Numbered from the stretch's first letter, positions 18,500-28,875 are shown. The stretch is 64,000 nucleotides of DNA from Capsulimonadales bacterium (GCA_033762295.1 JANRLW010000038.1:1-64000), one strand, 5' to 3'. Made by a program: numbers and translations. Notes: a model not told the origin generated them from the sequence alone.

Positions 18500-20083
18500 A
18501 TGTCTGCCGATACCGTTCTTCCTCCGTTCGGGCCGTTGACCCGACGTCAACTCTTGAAACGATCCGCCTCCGGGCTTCTCCTCGCCGCCACGTCCGCCGT
18601 CCCGCTTCCCTCGATCGCGCAGGGCGGTCGTCCGGTTCTTACCCACGGCATCCAGTCCGGCGATATCACGGAAACGTCCGCCATTCTCTGGAGCCGCAGC
18701 GACCGTCCGGCCCGGATGGTGGTCGAGGTAGCGGCAACCGAGCAGTTTCGGGACGCGCGACGCCTCCTCGGACCGGTCGCGCTCGAAAACACCGACTTCA
18801 CGGCCAAGCTGCGGGTCACCGACCTGCCGGCGGGCCAGGAGGTGTTCTACCGTGTCTCGTTCGTGGGCCTCGACAGCGACCGGGCAACGAGCGAACCGCA
18901 GATCGGCCGTCTGCGCACCGCGCCCGCGCCGAACGGCAAGCCGAATCGGGCCGTTTCGTTCGTCTGGACCGGCGATACCGCCGGGCAGGGCTGGGGCATC
19001 AACGAGGAGTGGGGCGGAATGCGGGGCTACGAAACCATGTTGCGCAACCGACCGGACTTCCTGATCAACTCCGGTGACTGCGTCTACAGCGACGGTGTCA
19101 TCCCCGCCGAGGTCAAGCTCGCCGACGGGACGCTCTGGAAAAACCGGACCACCGAAGCGAAATCGAAGGTCGCCGAAACCCTGGAAGAGTTCCGGGGGAA
19201 CTTCCGGTACAACCTGCTCGACACCCATTATCGGAAAATGATGGCCGAGACGCCGATGCTGGTGCAGTGGGACGATCACGAGACGACGAACAACTGGTAC
19301 CCCGAAGAGATACTGGAGGATAGTCGCTACACCGTCAAGAGCGTTCCGCTGCTGTCCGCGCGGGCCAACCAGGCGTTCCGCGAGTATATGCCGATCCGTG
19401 AGTTCGACGACGAGCCGGGCCGCGTTTATCGCAAAATCTCCTACGGTCCCCTGCTCGATATCTTCGTCATAGACATGCGAACCTACCGCGGAAACAACAC
19501 GGCCAACCGGCAGGAGCGGCCGGGACCGGATACCGCGTTTCTCGGTGCGGCGCAGATGGCCTGGCTGAAGCGGGAATTGGAGTCTAGCCGGGCGACGTGG
19601 AAGGTGTTTGCGGCGGATATGCCGATCGGCCTCATCGTGCCGGACGGCAACGCGATGGAGGCGATCGCCAACGGTGACGGTCCGCCGCTCGGACGGGAGT
19701 TCGAAATTGCCGACCTGTTGCGCTTCCTCAAACAGCGGGATATCCGGAATACGCTCTGGCTGACCGCCGACGTCCACTATACCGCCGCCCATCACTACGA
19801 TCCGGCCAGGGCGCAGTTCAAGGAGTTTCTGCCGTTCTGGGAGTTTGTCTCCGGCCCGATCCATGCCGGAACGTTCGGTCCGAACAGGATCGATCCGACT
19901 TTCGGGCCGGAGGTCCGGTTCATCAAGGATGGCGGCGGCAAATCCAATCTTCCGCCGAGCGACGGGTTACAGTTCTTCGGACACGTCCGCATCGCGCCCG
20001 ATACGCGGGTTCTGACGGTCACCCTGAAGGACATCGCCGATCGATCGCTGTATACCGTCGATCTGACACCGCAACGCCGCTGA
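18500..20083 (+). CDS. phoD: Alkaline phosphatase D (Tat-exported)
   Basis: TRRQLLK; GIQSGD, SGDCVYSD, QWDDHE, DMRTYR, TADVHY and WEFVSGP. Confidence 0.92.
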   Translation: MSADTVLPPFGPLTRRQLLKRSASGLLLAATSAVPLPSIAQGGRPVLTHGIQSGDITETSAILWSRSDRPARMVVEVAATEQFRDARRLLGPVALENTDFTAKLRVTDLPAGQEVFYRVSFVGLDSDRATSEPQIGRLRTAPAPNGKPNRAVSFVWTGDTAGQGWGINEEWGGMRGYETMLRNRPDFLINSGDCVYSDGVIPAEVKLADGTLWKNRTTEAKSKVAETLEEFRGNFRYNLLDTHYRKMMAETPMLVQWDDHETTNNWYPEEILEDSRYTVKSVPLLSARANQAFREYMPIREFDDEPGRVYRKISYGPLLDIFVIDMRTYRGNNTANRQERPGPDTAFLGAAQMAWLKRELESSRATWKVFAADMPIGLIVPDGNAMEAIANGDGPPLGREFEIADLLRFLKQRDIRNTLWLTADVHYTAAHHYDPARAQFKEFLPFWEFVSGPIHAGTFGPNRIDPTFGPEVRFIKDGGGKSNLPPSDGLQFFGHVRIAPDTRVLTVTLKDIADRSLYTVDLTPQRR

Positions 20084-20123
20084 GCCGGTCGGTCCGATCG
20101 TTCCCGATCGGCCTGCCCTTCGT

Positions 20124-20936
20124 TCAGATTCCCGGATCGAAGAGCAGGCCGATCGCCCGGGCGAGTTCGGTTTCCGGGCTTCCCGACGGCGCGACCCGAT
20201 TGGCGGCCGCCCGCGCCGCCGGACGACCATGCGACATGGCGACCCCCAGTCCGGCCCAGGCCAGCATTTCGACATCATTGTTCCCGTCGCCGAACGCGAC
20301 CACCTGGGAACCTTCGATCCCGTGCCGTTCGGCCACCGTCGCCAGACCGTGCGCCTTGTTCACGCCCGGAGCCATGAACTCCAGGTACTCCGGATCGGTG
20401 ATGGTGATATACAACCGCTCGCCGAACCGCTCCCGCGCCCGGTCCCGAAGCGTCAGAATCCGTTGTGGTTCATCGATCCACAGGATTTTCAACGCCGATT
20501 CGCCGCCGAAATCCTCCAGGGGATCGTGGATGCTGGCCAGACTGCCGGTTCGTGTCTCGTATAGCTGCACCCAGCGGTCGCGTTCCCGAACATAGGCGTT
20601 GCCGTCGGTGTGATAGTAGTTCTGCGCGACGCCCAGTTCGTCGCCCCATTGGATGACCGTCTCGGCGAGGTCGGCGGGCATCACGATCTCATGCCAGGTT
20701 TCGCCGTTTTCGGCCACCTTGACGCACGCGCCGTTACAGGAGACGATGGGACCGCTCAGATCGAGCTGGCGATGGAAGCGCAGCATATTCTCGTGACGCC
20801 GCCCGGAGGCGAGGACGCAATGCACGCCCGCTTCCTGCAGGCGTCGGACGGCCTCGGCATTCTCCCGGCTGATCGCCTTATCGGGTCCGAGCAGAGTGTC
20901 ATCCAGGTCGATCGCGGCAAGCCGGTACGGCAGCAT
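20124..20936 (-). CDS. Cof-type HAD-IIB hydrolase
   Basis: DLDDTL, ASGR, NKAHGL and FGDGNNDVEM. Confidence 0.92.
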   Translation of the reverse strand: MLPYRLAAIDLDDTLLGPDKAISRENAEAVRRLQEAGVHCVLASGRRHENMLRFHRQLDLSGPIVSCNGACVKVAENGETWHEIVMPADLAETVIQWGDELGVAQNYYHTDGNAYVRERDRWVQLYETRTGSLASIHDPLEDFGGESALKILWIDEPQRILTLRDRARERFGERLYITITDPEYLEFMAPGVNKAHGLATVAERHGIEGSQVVAFGDGNNDVEMLAWAGLGVAMSHGRPAARAAANRVAPSGSPETELARAIGLLFDPGI

Positions 20937-21104
20937 TTTGATTCCCTTTCGTGTTCGACGGTCCTGACGGGTGGATGCGCCTTTGCCTCCGCCAGTATAC
21001 CGCTATACCGCGAACGTTCGCGCATTTCCGTACACGGGACGGTCGGGCGAGAGAACGCGTTTGCGAGAACCCTCCGGGAAGGTGTCTTGCGTTCGTCGTA
21101 GGCG

Positions 21105-21917
21105 TCATTTTTTACGGAGGGAAGAACGCATCCGTTCGGTGGCGAAATCGACGGCGGGAGCCAGCGGGAAGAGTCGGGTCGGCGCGGACCCGACCAGGCC
21201 GAAGCGAACCTTTCCCATCCGATCCCAGGCCGCGCCGATCTCCTCGAACGGATCGCTGTCGAAGTCGATGTCCTCGTAGGCCACCCACTGCCGTCCCTGC
21301 TCCGTTTGAATCGCCGCGTGGTGGACGGTCGGCGTGGCGATACCGCTCCGGTATTCGCTCAAATGGAAGCAGGTGCAGCACTCATACGCGGTTCCGAGCA
21401 TGAGAACCTGCGCGTCGCGTTGGTAGAGGCGTCCGAGCGGCGAGTTCTCTCCCAGTCCGTCGTTCAATGGGTGATCCCGCGTGATCGCCTCCGCTTCCGG
21501 ACCGCAGGCGCAGAAGGAGACGACCGGATGGTAGCTGCGCCGTACGCCCGGCCAGGTTCGGAAGGTTTCGACGATCCGTCCCATGCCGCGTGTCGGTGTG
21601 ACCTGCGGATCGAAGACCGGCATCGTCTCCCGGATAATCGGCCACCAGTGCTCGGGAACGGGCGGGTTCTGCCAGCGGGCCGGATCGGAGTTTTCGCCGG
21701 AGAAGGCGGGCGTCACCAGAGTGCCCGTCGGGCCGAGAACGTCGAAAATCGCCTGCAGTACGGTCACGGAGCTTCCGCAGACCCATCCCAGGCGGGAAAG
21801 CGACGAGTGCAGGAAGACCAGGCTGCCCTCGGCGAGGCCGAGCTTTCGAAGATCGTTTGCCAGGCTGGCGCGAGTCCGTGGCAGATCGGCGGCACGAATA
21901 CTTTTTTCTTCGCTCAT
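21105..21917 (-). CDS. AAC(3)/YokD-family aminoglycoside N3-acetyltransferase-like protein
   Basis: HSSLSRLGWVCG, GTLVTPAFS, RSYHPVVSF, SPLGRLY and TCFHLSEY. Confidence 0.9.
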   Translation of the reverse strand: MSEEKSIRAADLPRTRASLANDLRKLGLAEGSLVFLHSSLSRLGWVCGSSVTVLQAIFDVLGPTGTLVTPAFSGENSDPARWQNPPVPEHWWPIIRETMPVFDPQVTPTRGMGRIVETFRTWPGVRRSYHPVVSFCACGPEAEAITRDHPLNDGLGENSPLGRLYQRDAQVLMLGTAYECCTCFHLSEYRSGIATPTVHHAAIQTEQGRQWVAYEDIDFDSDPFEEIGAAWDRMGKVRFGLVGSAPTRLFPLAPAVDFATERMRSSLRKK

Positions 21918-21950
21918 CGGTTCCTCCGTCAGGCAGGGCTGGAAACAGGG

Positions 21951-22604
21951 CTAGAAAAGCGTGGTGGGCGGTTCCTTTTTCGCGACGATGACCTGTTTGC
22001 GCGCGGCTTCGATGTCGGCGATCAGTGAGGCGCGCGCCGAATCGTAGGCTTCGCCCTGCTGGCGAAGAATATACGCCGGGTGCAGGCCGGCAATCGCGTA
22101 ACGGGCGTACTTCGACGGAAAGAACTGTCCGCGCTCGCTCATGATCTTGAAGTTTTTGTGGATGATCGCGCTGGCGGCCGGTCCGCCCAGACAGAGGATT
22201 ACCAGTGGCTGAATCGTTTGCAGGGTCGGTTCGAGCCAGAGGGTGGTACAGGTGGCGGCTTCATCGGCGAACGGCGCACGGTTTTTCAGGCGATTGCCTT
22301 CCTTTTCCGTGGGGCGGCAACGGACGACGTTGGTAATAAAAACGTGCTTCCGGGTCATGCCGCACTCGCGCAGGCATTCGTCCAGCAGTTGTCCGGCTCG
22401 TCCGACAAACGGTCGTCCGGTGGCATCCTCGGTCTCGCCCGGTCCCTCGCCGACGATGACCAGGGGAGTGTTCGGATTTCCCTCCCCGAAGACCACATTG
22501 GTCCGGGCCTCATGCAGGCGGCAGGCCGTGCAGTCCGACGCCTCCTGCCGCAATGCCTCGATTCCGGTTTCTTTCTCGGTCGCTTCCGGCGAACCCGTAG
22601 CCAT
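21951..22604 (-). CDS. Family-4 uracil-DNA glycosylase ([4Fe-4S])
   Basis: CTACRL, GEGPG, PFVGRAG, CRP and HPAYILR. Confidence 0.92.
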   Translation of the reverse strand: MATGSPEATEKETGIEALRQEASDCTACRLHEARTNVVFGEGNPNTPLVIVGEGPGETEDATGRPFVGRAGQLLDECLRECGMTRKHVFITNVVRCRPTEKEGNRLKNRAPFADEAATCTTLWLEPTLQTIQPLVILCLGGPAASAIIHKNFKIMSERGQFFPSKYARYAIAGLHPAYILRQQGEAYDSARASLIADIEAARKQVIVAKKEPPTTLF

Positions 22605-22624
22605 TTCCTGCTCCCGCCTCGTTT

Positions 22625-23155
22625 CTAACTCGCCTTACCCGCGCTTTCTCGCGCCTCGATCGCACCACGAACTTTTCGATACGTCTGCTCCAGCGTCTCG
22701 GGCAACACCTTGACCTCGCCGATGACCGGCATAAAATTGGTATCGCCGTTCCAGCGCGGGACGATGTGCAGATGCAGATGCGCCGCAATCCCGGCGCCCG
22801 CCGCACTGCCGACGTTAATCCCGATATTATACCCGTTTGCCCGGTAGACCTCGTCCAGAACCGTCGTCAGGTTCGCGGTCGTCATCATCATCTCCGCGCA
22901 CTCGTCCGGGGTCATCTCGGCCGGGCGGGCGATATGCCGGTACGGAAGCACCATCAGATGCCCGTTGTTGTACGGATAGGCGTTCAAAATGACGAAACAG
23001 GTCGGTCCCCGGTAGACGATGAAGTTTTCCGCATCGTTCTCCTCGCCGGTCTGCGTCGGCTTGTGGCAGAAGATGCAATCCGGGCGCGTCGCGTCGGCGG
23101 CGGGTTTGTTCTCGGTAATATAACTGAGTCGCCAGGGGGCGAAAAGTCGTTCCAC
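22625..23155 (-). CDS. HIT-family protein (Ap4A phosphorylase-like)
   Basis: [23 protein letters not shown] and [10 protein letters not shown]. Confidence 0.92.
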   Translation of the reverse strand: MERLFAPWRLSYITENKPAADATRPDCIFCHKPTQTGEENDAENFIVYRGPTCFVILNAYPYNNGHLMVLPYRHIARPAEMTPDECAEMMMTTANLTTVLDEVYRANGYNIGINVGSAAGAGIAAHLHLHIVPRWNGDTNFMPVIGEVKVLPETLEQTYRKVRGAIEARESAGKAS

Positions 23156-23234
23156 GTTTTCGGTGCTCCTGAAGGCGGGAGGGACGATTCTCCCGGTGAT
23201 AGTGTAATCCCCCGCGCCGCTCCCGGCAACTCAC

Positions 23235-23274
23235 TTGACAAATGCCCTATTTTTAGTATATATTTTTATATCAA
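23235..23274 (+). promoter_or_regulatory. sigma70 promoter with conserved box TATATATTTTTATATCAA
   Basis: TTGACA at 23235 and TATATT at 23259; the box recurs at 24540. Confidence 0.7.
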
Positions 23275-23317
23275 TTCGAGCCGACTTCGGTCGGTCTTCG
23301 TCTCATTCGGAGATCGT

Positions 23318-24187
23318 ATGCTCTCAACCTCGAAGCCCTCCCGTCGGGCCGCTTTCACGCTGATCGAGCTGCTCGTCGTGATCGCCATAATCGCGATTCT
23401 GGCGGCTATTCTTTTCCCGGTTTTCGCCCAGGCGCGGGAAAAAGCCCGGCAGACGTCGTGCCTGTCCAACATGAAGCAGATCCTTCTGTCGGAGATCATG
23501 TACACGGGCGACTATGATGAGATGCTGCCTCGCATCCGATACGGCGCAGCCAATAGTAATGTCTACTGGGTGCTGGCGATCGACGATGTTCTCGCGCCGT
23601 ACATCAAGAGCGAGCAGGTCTGGAAATGCCCGTCGGACAGCGTTTCACGGAACGACTGCGATGCGGACGGATGGGGAACGCCGATCAGCTACGCGTTTAC
23701 GTACTATCGCCCCTCGACCGCCCCGCAGAACGGCAACCCGATCGAGGTGCAGTTCGGCGTTCACAGTCTGCACAACGCCAGCGCGGTCAACAACTACGAT
23801 TCGCTGACCCTTCCCGCGATCGGTGCGCCCGCCGAGACGGTCTCCATGTACGAACTGTTCTTCACCGGCAGTTACACCCAGGGCTATCCGTACTACCGGA
23901 ACGATCAGCGCGGCATCGCCTATTCCCAGTTCGAGTTACCGACCTCGTTCGGTCCCGATACCGCGCCGAACGCTCTGCAGACCAACTGGTGCGCTACCGG
24001 GGACGCTCTGATGTCGATCGGAGCGCACAGCGGCATTACCAACTTCGGGTTTCTCGACGGTCACGTCAAGGGAATGCGGCGCAGCGCGTTGATGCCGAAG
24101 GACTGGACGCTGGCCGGGATCGAGGCCCGACGGGCCGCCGGTCAGTCGAACAAGAATCTGATCCACTGGGATTCCCAGTTTAAGTAA
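23318..24187 (+). CDS. DUF1559-type prepilin N-terminal cleavage / H-X9-DG protein (copy 1)
   Basis: [61 protein letters not shown]. Confidence 0.92.
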   Translation: MLSTSKPSRRAAFTLIELLVVIAIIAILAAILFPVFAQAREKARQTSCLSNMKQILLSEIMYTGDYDEMLPRIRYGAANSNVYWVLAIDDVLAPYIKSEQVWKCPSDSVSRNDCDADGWGTPISYAFTYYRPSTAPQNGNPIEVQFGVHSLHNASAVNNYDSLTLPAIGAPAETVSMYELFFTGSYTQGYPYYRNDQRGIAYSQFELPTSFGPDTAPNALQTNWCATGDALMSIGAHSGITNFGFLDGHVKGMRRSALMPKDWTLAGIEARRAAGQSNKNLIHWDSQFK

Positions 24188-24197
24188 GGAAGAATCG

Positions 24198-24380
24198 ATG
24201 CGACCGGAAGAAGCGGACGATCCGTCCAAACGGACCAAGTTGATACTTATCGTCGTCGGGGTCGTTCTGGCGCTCGGCCTGGCGATATGGTCCGGCTTTC
24301 GCGCGCTGGATACCCGTCCGCGGGTGACCGGCGTTCTGGGAGAGGACCCCGCCATGACCTCAACGGGCGGCGGAAAATAG
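24198..24380 (+). CDS. Small single-TM partner protein (60 aa)
   Basis: AAGGAAG RBS, one TM segment, terminator immediately after. Confidence 0.7.
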   Translation: MRPEEADDPSKRTKLILIVVGVVLALGLAIWSGFRALDTRPRVTGVLGEDPAMTSTGGGK

Positions 24381-24409
24381 GAAGCGACCGCCGGGTAACC
24401 GCCGTGAGA

Positions 24410-24444
24410 AAACGCCGGGTTCCAAGAGCCCGGCGTTTCGCTTT
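24410..24444 (+). terminator. Rho-independent terminator
   Basis: AAACGCCGGG..CCCGGCGTTT hairpin followed by a T-rich tail. Confidence 0.75.
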
Positions 24445-24518
24445 GCCGCATGTTCCGGTTGTTCCATGATCCGAATCGGAACCGGGTCGCTTTCCTGCGG
24501 GAATTTCGGCAAACGCCA

Positions 24519-24557
24519 TTGACATATTGAACGACCTCATATATATTTTCATATCAA
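24519..24557 (+). promoter_or_regulatory. sigma70 promoter with conserved box TATATATTTTCATATCAA
   Basis: TTGACA-17 bp-TATATT. Confidence 0.75.
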
Positions 24558-24694
24558 CGGAGCTTTTTTCGCCTGTCATCGGACGTCGGCCGGCGTCTCC
24601 TGTTGTCGCGGAGCGTGCCGATCGAAACCGTGCCGCCCCTCCGTCTCTCCGGGAATCGGCGTTCCCATCCTTTACCGTTTAAGGAGCTACTCGT

Positions 24695-25678
24695 ATGCAA
24701 CGCACGAATCAGCGCGCAGCCTCTCATCCCTTTAAAGGTGTTCGGGCCGGCTTTACGCTCATCGAACTGCTCGTGGTCATTGCCATCATCGCCATTCTTG
24801 CCGCCATTCTTTTCCCTGTTTTCGCTCAGGCCCGTGACAAGGCGCGTCAGGCGACCTGTCTTTCCAACCAGAAGCAGATTCTGCTGGCGATCCTTGCCTA
24901 TGTTCAGGATTACGACGAAATGCTTCCGCGCGGACGCGCCTGGGACCCTCCCGCCCCCTGCGGCACCGGGACGGACTATGTGGCGGGAGGTCTTGCCGCC
25001 GGCTTCAATACCGACGGGCAGAACGATCAGGTCTTCGGGATTGAGAACGCCGTCGATCCTTATGTCAAAGCCGGACAGCCGTGGGGCGACGACCGACGCG
25101 GCACGGTCTGGCACTGTCCGAAAGATACGCTGGTGCGCCATGACTGCAGCCCGAGCGGCCCGAACAAAGCGGTCGGCTACGCCATCAGCTACTCCTTCAC
25201 CCGCTACAATCCCCGTTCCGCCTCCGGCTTCGGCCTGTTCGCCCGTGGCGGACGCGGCAGCAACGTCTGCAATGCCAGCAACTCCGAATACTTCGAGACC
25301 GGCGGCGGTCCGATCAACTCGCGTACTCTGGCCGGCATCGGAGTTCCGGCCGATACCGTCATGATGTTCGAGTTCTACGGAGCGGACGCCGGTTACTCCC
25401 GGTTCGTCGCCGGAATGCGAACCAATGCCGCCGATGTTGCCTCTCCCCGCTGGACGGACTACCCGGCGACGATGGATATCGGGGACGGTTGCGGCGATGG
25501 CACCCGATGGTTGTACACCATGGGCAGCCACCAGGGTGTCATGAACATCGGCTGGGCCGACGGTCACGTCAAGGCTGCCCGCCGCCTCAGTCTGATCGCG
25601 GGCGTCAGTCCGACGACCGGCGCCTGGGACGGAGTCAGCCGACCGAACCGAGTGCACTGGGATGAATCCTTCCACTGA
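24695..25678 (+). CDS. DUF1559-type prepilin / H-X9-DG protein (copy 2)
   Basis: [40 protein letters not shown]. Confidence 0.92.
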   Translation: MQRTNQRAASHPFKGVRAGFTLIELLVVIAIIAILAAILFPVFAQARDKARQATCLSNQKQILLAILAYVQDYDEMLPRGRAWDPPAPCGTGTDYVAGGLAAGFNTDGQNDQVFGIENAVDPYVKAGQPWGDDRRGTVWHCPKDTLVRHDCSPSGPNKAVGYAISYSFTRYNPRSASGFGLFARGGRGSNVCNASNSEYFETGGGPINSRTLAGIGVPADTVMMFEFYGADAGYSRFVAGMRTNAADVASPRWTDYPATMDIGDGCGDGTRWLYTMGSHQGVMNIGWADGHVKAARRLSLIAGVSPTTGAWDGVSRPNRVHWDESFH

Positions 25679-25687
25679 CCCCCGATC

Positions 25688-25711
25688 CGTTCAGGAGATC
25701 GTTCAGGAGAT
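25688..25711 (+). repeat. 12-bp tandem duplication (CGTTCAGGAGAT)x2 that duplicates the RBS
   Basis: Directly visible in the sequence. Confidence 0.85.
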
Positions 25712-25717
25712 ACTGTC

Positions 25718-25963
25718 GTGAGTTACAACAGCACGGAGGGCAACAAACTCTCCCAGCGGGATATGCTGGTCATCGCGGGGGCGATCGTCGCGGTCGTCAT
25801 TGCGGCGGTCGTCATCGTTCGCATCGTTCTGGCGGACCGTCCGTATGCGGTCAATAAGCCGCCGGCCGCCAAGGGGTTCTCCGAGAAGCTCCAGGGGCTC
25901 AAGGCGGACGAGCAGGCGAGACAGGCTAAAGAAAAGGTTGCCGGCGACGATTTCCAGCCCTGA
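25718..25963 (+). CDS. Small single-TM partner protein (81 aa)
   Basis: AGGAGA RBS, GTG start, TM segment MLVIAGAIVAVVIAAVVIV. Confidence 0.72.
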   Translation: MSYNSTEGNKLSQRDMLVIAGAIVAVVIAAVVIVRIVLADRPYAVNKPPAAKGFSEKLQGLKADEQARQAKEKVAGDDFQP

Positions 25964-25987
25964 TCGCCCATTTTGTATCCGTTCCTG

Positions 25988-26020
25988 GCGGCCCGTCCCG
26001 AATCGACGGGCCGCTCTTTC
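25988..26020 (+). terminator. Rho-independent terminator
   Basis: GCGGCCCGTC..GACGGGCCGC followed by TCTTTC. Confidence 0.7.
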
Positions 26021-26050
26021 GTTCCGGTTCGCCCCGGTTCCCGTTTGCAT

Positions 26051-26079
26051 TTGACAGCCGGTAAGAAGTGTTCTATACT
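26051..26079 (+). promoter_or_regulatory. sigma70 promoter
   Basis: TTGACA-17 bp-TATACT. Confidence 0.8.
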
Positions 26080-26166
26080 CAACCACAATCCGGTCATCGC
26101 CGACCGATCACCGTCTCTTCGACGGTTCCCCCTGATGCTTCGAATTTTTCCTTAGGAGTTCGTTTC

Positions 26167-27012
26167 ATGTTTCGTCCCGTTCCCGCGCGTTCCGGATCTT
26201 CCCTCCGCGCCTTCACACTGATCGAGCTGCTCGTCGTGATCGCCATTATCGCGATTCTGGCGGCGATTCTCTTCCCCGTCTTCGCCCAGGCGCGGGAAAA
26301 GGCGCGCGCCATCTCCTGCCTCTCGAACTGCAAACAGATCGGTACCGCCCAGATGATGTATATGCAGGACAACGACGAAAATGTCATGTTCTGGCGGAAC
26401 GTTCCGGCGACGGCATCGCTGGACGCTCAGATCAACGGCAGCTGGGTGAATCAAATCCAGCCCTATGTCAAAAGCGGCGGACAGATTCCCGACCTGGCGA
26501 CCGCGCAGGCGAACCCCAATCCGAGGGGAATCATGGCCTGCCCCTCGTTCAGCCTTGCCACGCTTCATAGAGCGGCGGACCGGGCGGACTGTGACGGCGA
26601 CGGCTCGACCGGCAGCGGGTCCACCAACTTTCAGAATCCTTCCGGGATTCTGGCCCACTACGGCATGTCCTTCTCCCTTACCTGCGGGGACGGCTCGACC
26701 CAGGGCAACTACTACTGTAACTGGCCCGGCAGCGGATGGAACGGCAACACGCCGGCGGTTCTGGCCTATGCCGCCGTGCAACGTCCCGCCGAAACCGCCA
26801 ATATCGGCGATGGCGTGACCCTGATCCGGTCGACCCGGACCCCCCGTTTGAACCCCCAGTTCGGCTGCGAGTCGATGTTCGCCCATCAGGAGGGTTCCAA
26901 CTTCGTCTTTCTGGACGGTCATGCCAAATACCTGAAAGGCAATATCGAACGCTACCTGAAGCAGCATTCCGATGGCCGCTGGTATCAGCAGTATCTTACC
27001 TACGACCTGTAG
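26167..27012 (+). CDS. DUF1559-type prepilin / H-X9-DG protein (copy 3)
   Basis: [38 protein letters not shown]. Confidence 0.92.
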   Translation: MFRPVPARSGSSLRAFTLIELLVVIAIIAILAAILFPVFAQAREKARAISCLSNCKQIGTAQMMYMQDNDENVMFWRNVPATASLDAQINGSWVNQIQPYVKSGGQIPDLATAQANPNPRGIMACPSFSLATLHRAADRADCDGDGSTGSGSTNFQNPSGILAHYGMSFSLTCGDGSTQGNYYCNWPGSGWNGNTPAVLAYAAVQRPAETANIGDGVTLIRSTRTPRLNPQFGCESMFAHQEGSNFVFLDGHAKYLKGNIERYLKQHSDGRWYQQYLTYDL

Positions 27013-27025
27013 ACCGGAGGGGAAA

Positions 27026-27190
27026 ATGATTCCGAATCGAAGGGAGCGCCTTTGGGTCGGCGTGGCCGTGTGCGGATGGCTTCTTTTTTGGATCGTCGGC
27101 TGCGCGAAAGAGGAGCCGCCCAAACCGGAGGGCGGTGGCACCTATTACAACGGTCCGATGCAAAAGGGCGGTCAACGCAGTCCGCAGTAG
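27026..27190 (+). CDS. Small lipoprotein partner (54 aa)
   Basis: GGAGG RBS; lipobox IVGC; short tail AKEEPPKPEGGGTYYNGPMQK. Confidence 0.68.
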   Translation: MIPNRRERLWVGVAVCGWLLFWIVGCAKEEPPKPEGGGTYYNGPMQKGGQRSPQ

Positions 27191-27337
27191 CGGTCGCCGG
27201 ACGGCTGTTTTCACCGCGATCCGTCTCCTTCTCGGAAGGAAGGCCGGAATCTTGCATTCCGGCCTTAAACTTTTGGCGGTTCCGTCACGATTTTGGAGTA
27301 CAATTTCCTGTGCCGTCGTTTCGGAAGCGGGTGGCGT

Positions 27338-28681
27338 ATGAAGCGAGCCAGTAGAATTACATTTTTCGTCTCGTGTGGCTGTTTACTTTCCGGTATTGCC
27401 GGATTGGCTGCGCCCGCCCTCCGGGATACCCTCAATCAGGCCGTGCCGGCGACGAAAGAGGAACCTATTCCTCCGGCGACCCCTATCTCCGCGCCGGATG
27501 CGACCGCCCCGCGTTTTTCCGTCCGTTTTCTGGAGGAAGGCATTCCTTCCAGCGTTTTCCAGGCCCTGATTTTGAATAACCGGGGCGAGGTTCTCTGCAT
27601 AACGGAGGATCGCGAACCGTTCCCGGAGGCCGATCAGGGCGGGAAACGGATGCGCCCGCTTTATCGAACGGTGGGAACGAAGTACCATGTTTACCGCGAG
27701 GGTAAGCTCACCACCGTGGCGGAGATGGGACAGATCGTCACCTTCCGACCGCTGGCGTTCAACGATCGCGGACAGATTCTCGGATTTGAGTATGATATCG
27801 AGGAGATTCGCCGGGCGACCCAGGCTCCCCGTCTCGAAAGTGGTCGCTCTCCGTCCGGCTTCCTCAACCCCGGCATGACCCCCGCCGTTCGTAACACCCG
27901 ACTGACTCTCTGGGAAAACGGACGATTCCGCCCGCTCAATATCGCCGAAGCGCTGATCGAAGCCGGCATGCCCGCGCGTTACGCCCCTTTCCTCGAGTCG
28001 GCGATGATCGCCATGAACTCGAAAACGCAGATTCTGGTCGGGCTGCAAAACCTGTATCTCTGGGAGAACGGCAAAGCGCGGCGCATCGGCACCGGCGGTG
28101 TCTCCACCGGGGAACGTTTCTTCATTAACGAACGGGGGACGGTCGTCCGCCGCGGAGAGCAGTACCGTCCGTCTCCGGACGGGGCAAGCGTCTACCCGGT
28201 GACGGCGATCTATTCCTCCGGCAACAGGACCCCGCGCACCCAGGATTTCGGCTTCGGATCGTTTGTCGTCGACCTGAACAGCCGGGACGAGCTGCTGGTC
28301 GGTCGCATGTACCTGCCGACACCGGACACGCCCCGCATGCAGTTCACCCGCTGGCAGGGCAGCCGGCAGGAGACGCTGTTCGCCGTGAACGGCCGAACCC
28401 CGGCGCGAATGAATCGCCATGGTATCGTGACCGCCTGGCGTCAGAAGGAAAGCGCCGGCGGGTGGTCCTCCCTTTTCGCTACCGGCAACGGTTCTTTCTC
28501 CCCCAGCGTCCCGATCCTCTGGGACGGCCGGAAACTCTATGACCTGCAGACTCTCCTTCCGACCAACCTGGAGGTTACCAGTCTGACCGACATCAACGAT
28601 CGGAACGAGATTCTGGCTCAGGTGCGTGTCGATGGCAAACTTCGAATGGCGTTGCTGGTTCCGGAGAGCCCCCCTCGCTGA
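27338..28681 (+). CDS. Secreted HAF-repeat-like beta-propeller protein
   Basis: Signal peptide; recurring (I/L/F)NxRG(Q/E)(I/V)L repeats and LWENG; C-terminal LYDLQTLLP..INDRNEI. Confidence 0.7.
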   Translation: MKRASRITFFVSCGCLLSGIAGLAAPALRDTLNQAVPATKEEPIPPATPISAPDATAPRFSVRFLEEGIPSSVFQALILNNRGEVLCITEDREPFPEADQGGKRMRPLYRTVGTKYHVYREGKLTTVAEMGQIVTFRPLAFNDRGQILGFEYDIEEIRRATQAPRLESGRSPSGFLNPGMTPAVRNTRLTLWENGRFRPLNIAEALIEAGMPARYAPFLESAMIAMNSKTQILVGLQNLYLWENGKARRIGTGGVSTGERFFINERGTVVRRGEQYRPSPDGASVYPVTAIYSSGNRTPRTQDFGFGSFVVDLNSRDELLVGRMYLPTPDTPRMQFTRWQGSRQETLFAVNGRTPARMNRHGIVTAWRQKESAGGWSSLFATGNGSFSPSVPILWDGRKLYDLQTLLPTNLEVTSLTDINDRNEILAQVRVDGKLRMALLVPESPPR

Positions 28682-28859
28682 GCGGGCGGGCTTCCGGGAA
28701 AAGTTTCCGCCGAATTCCCCCCGGTTCACTCTGTAAAATACCGGTCGTCGTGCCGACAAATAAGATAAGCGACGGCAGGTTTCATTCGCCCTGACCGTCG
28801 TTCGATTCCGATATTTTTACGGGAATTTTCCGGAATGGCAGGCCCGTCGGCAACCGGCG

Positions 28860-28875
28860 TGGCACGGCAGTTGCA
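28860..28875 (+). promoter_or_regulatory. sigma-54 (-24/-12) promoter
   Basis: TGGCAC-GGCAG-TTGCA is an exact match to TGGCAC-N5-TTGCW, in a 450-bp intergenic region and oriented toward the ParB gene. Confidence 0.8.

Noticed and set aside
21105..21917. AAC(3) as an acquired resistance gene
   Set aside because: Embedded in a housekeeping HIT-UDG operon with host-like composition and no mobile element; YokD-like homologues are widespread.
23318..27012. Diversity-generating retroelement or recombinase shufflon acting on the DUF1559 genes
   Set aside because: No reverse transcriptase, recombinase or TR/VR pair; each copy is complete with its own promoter.
28797..28812. GTTCGATTCC T-loop-like word suggesting tRNA or tmRNA
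   Set aside because: No flanking T-stem, acceptor stem or cloverleaf.
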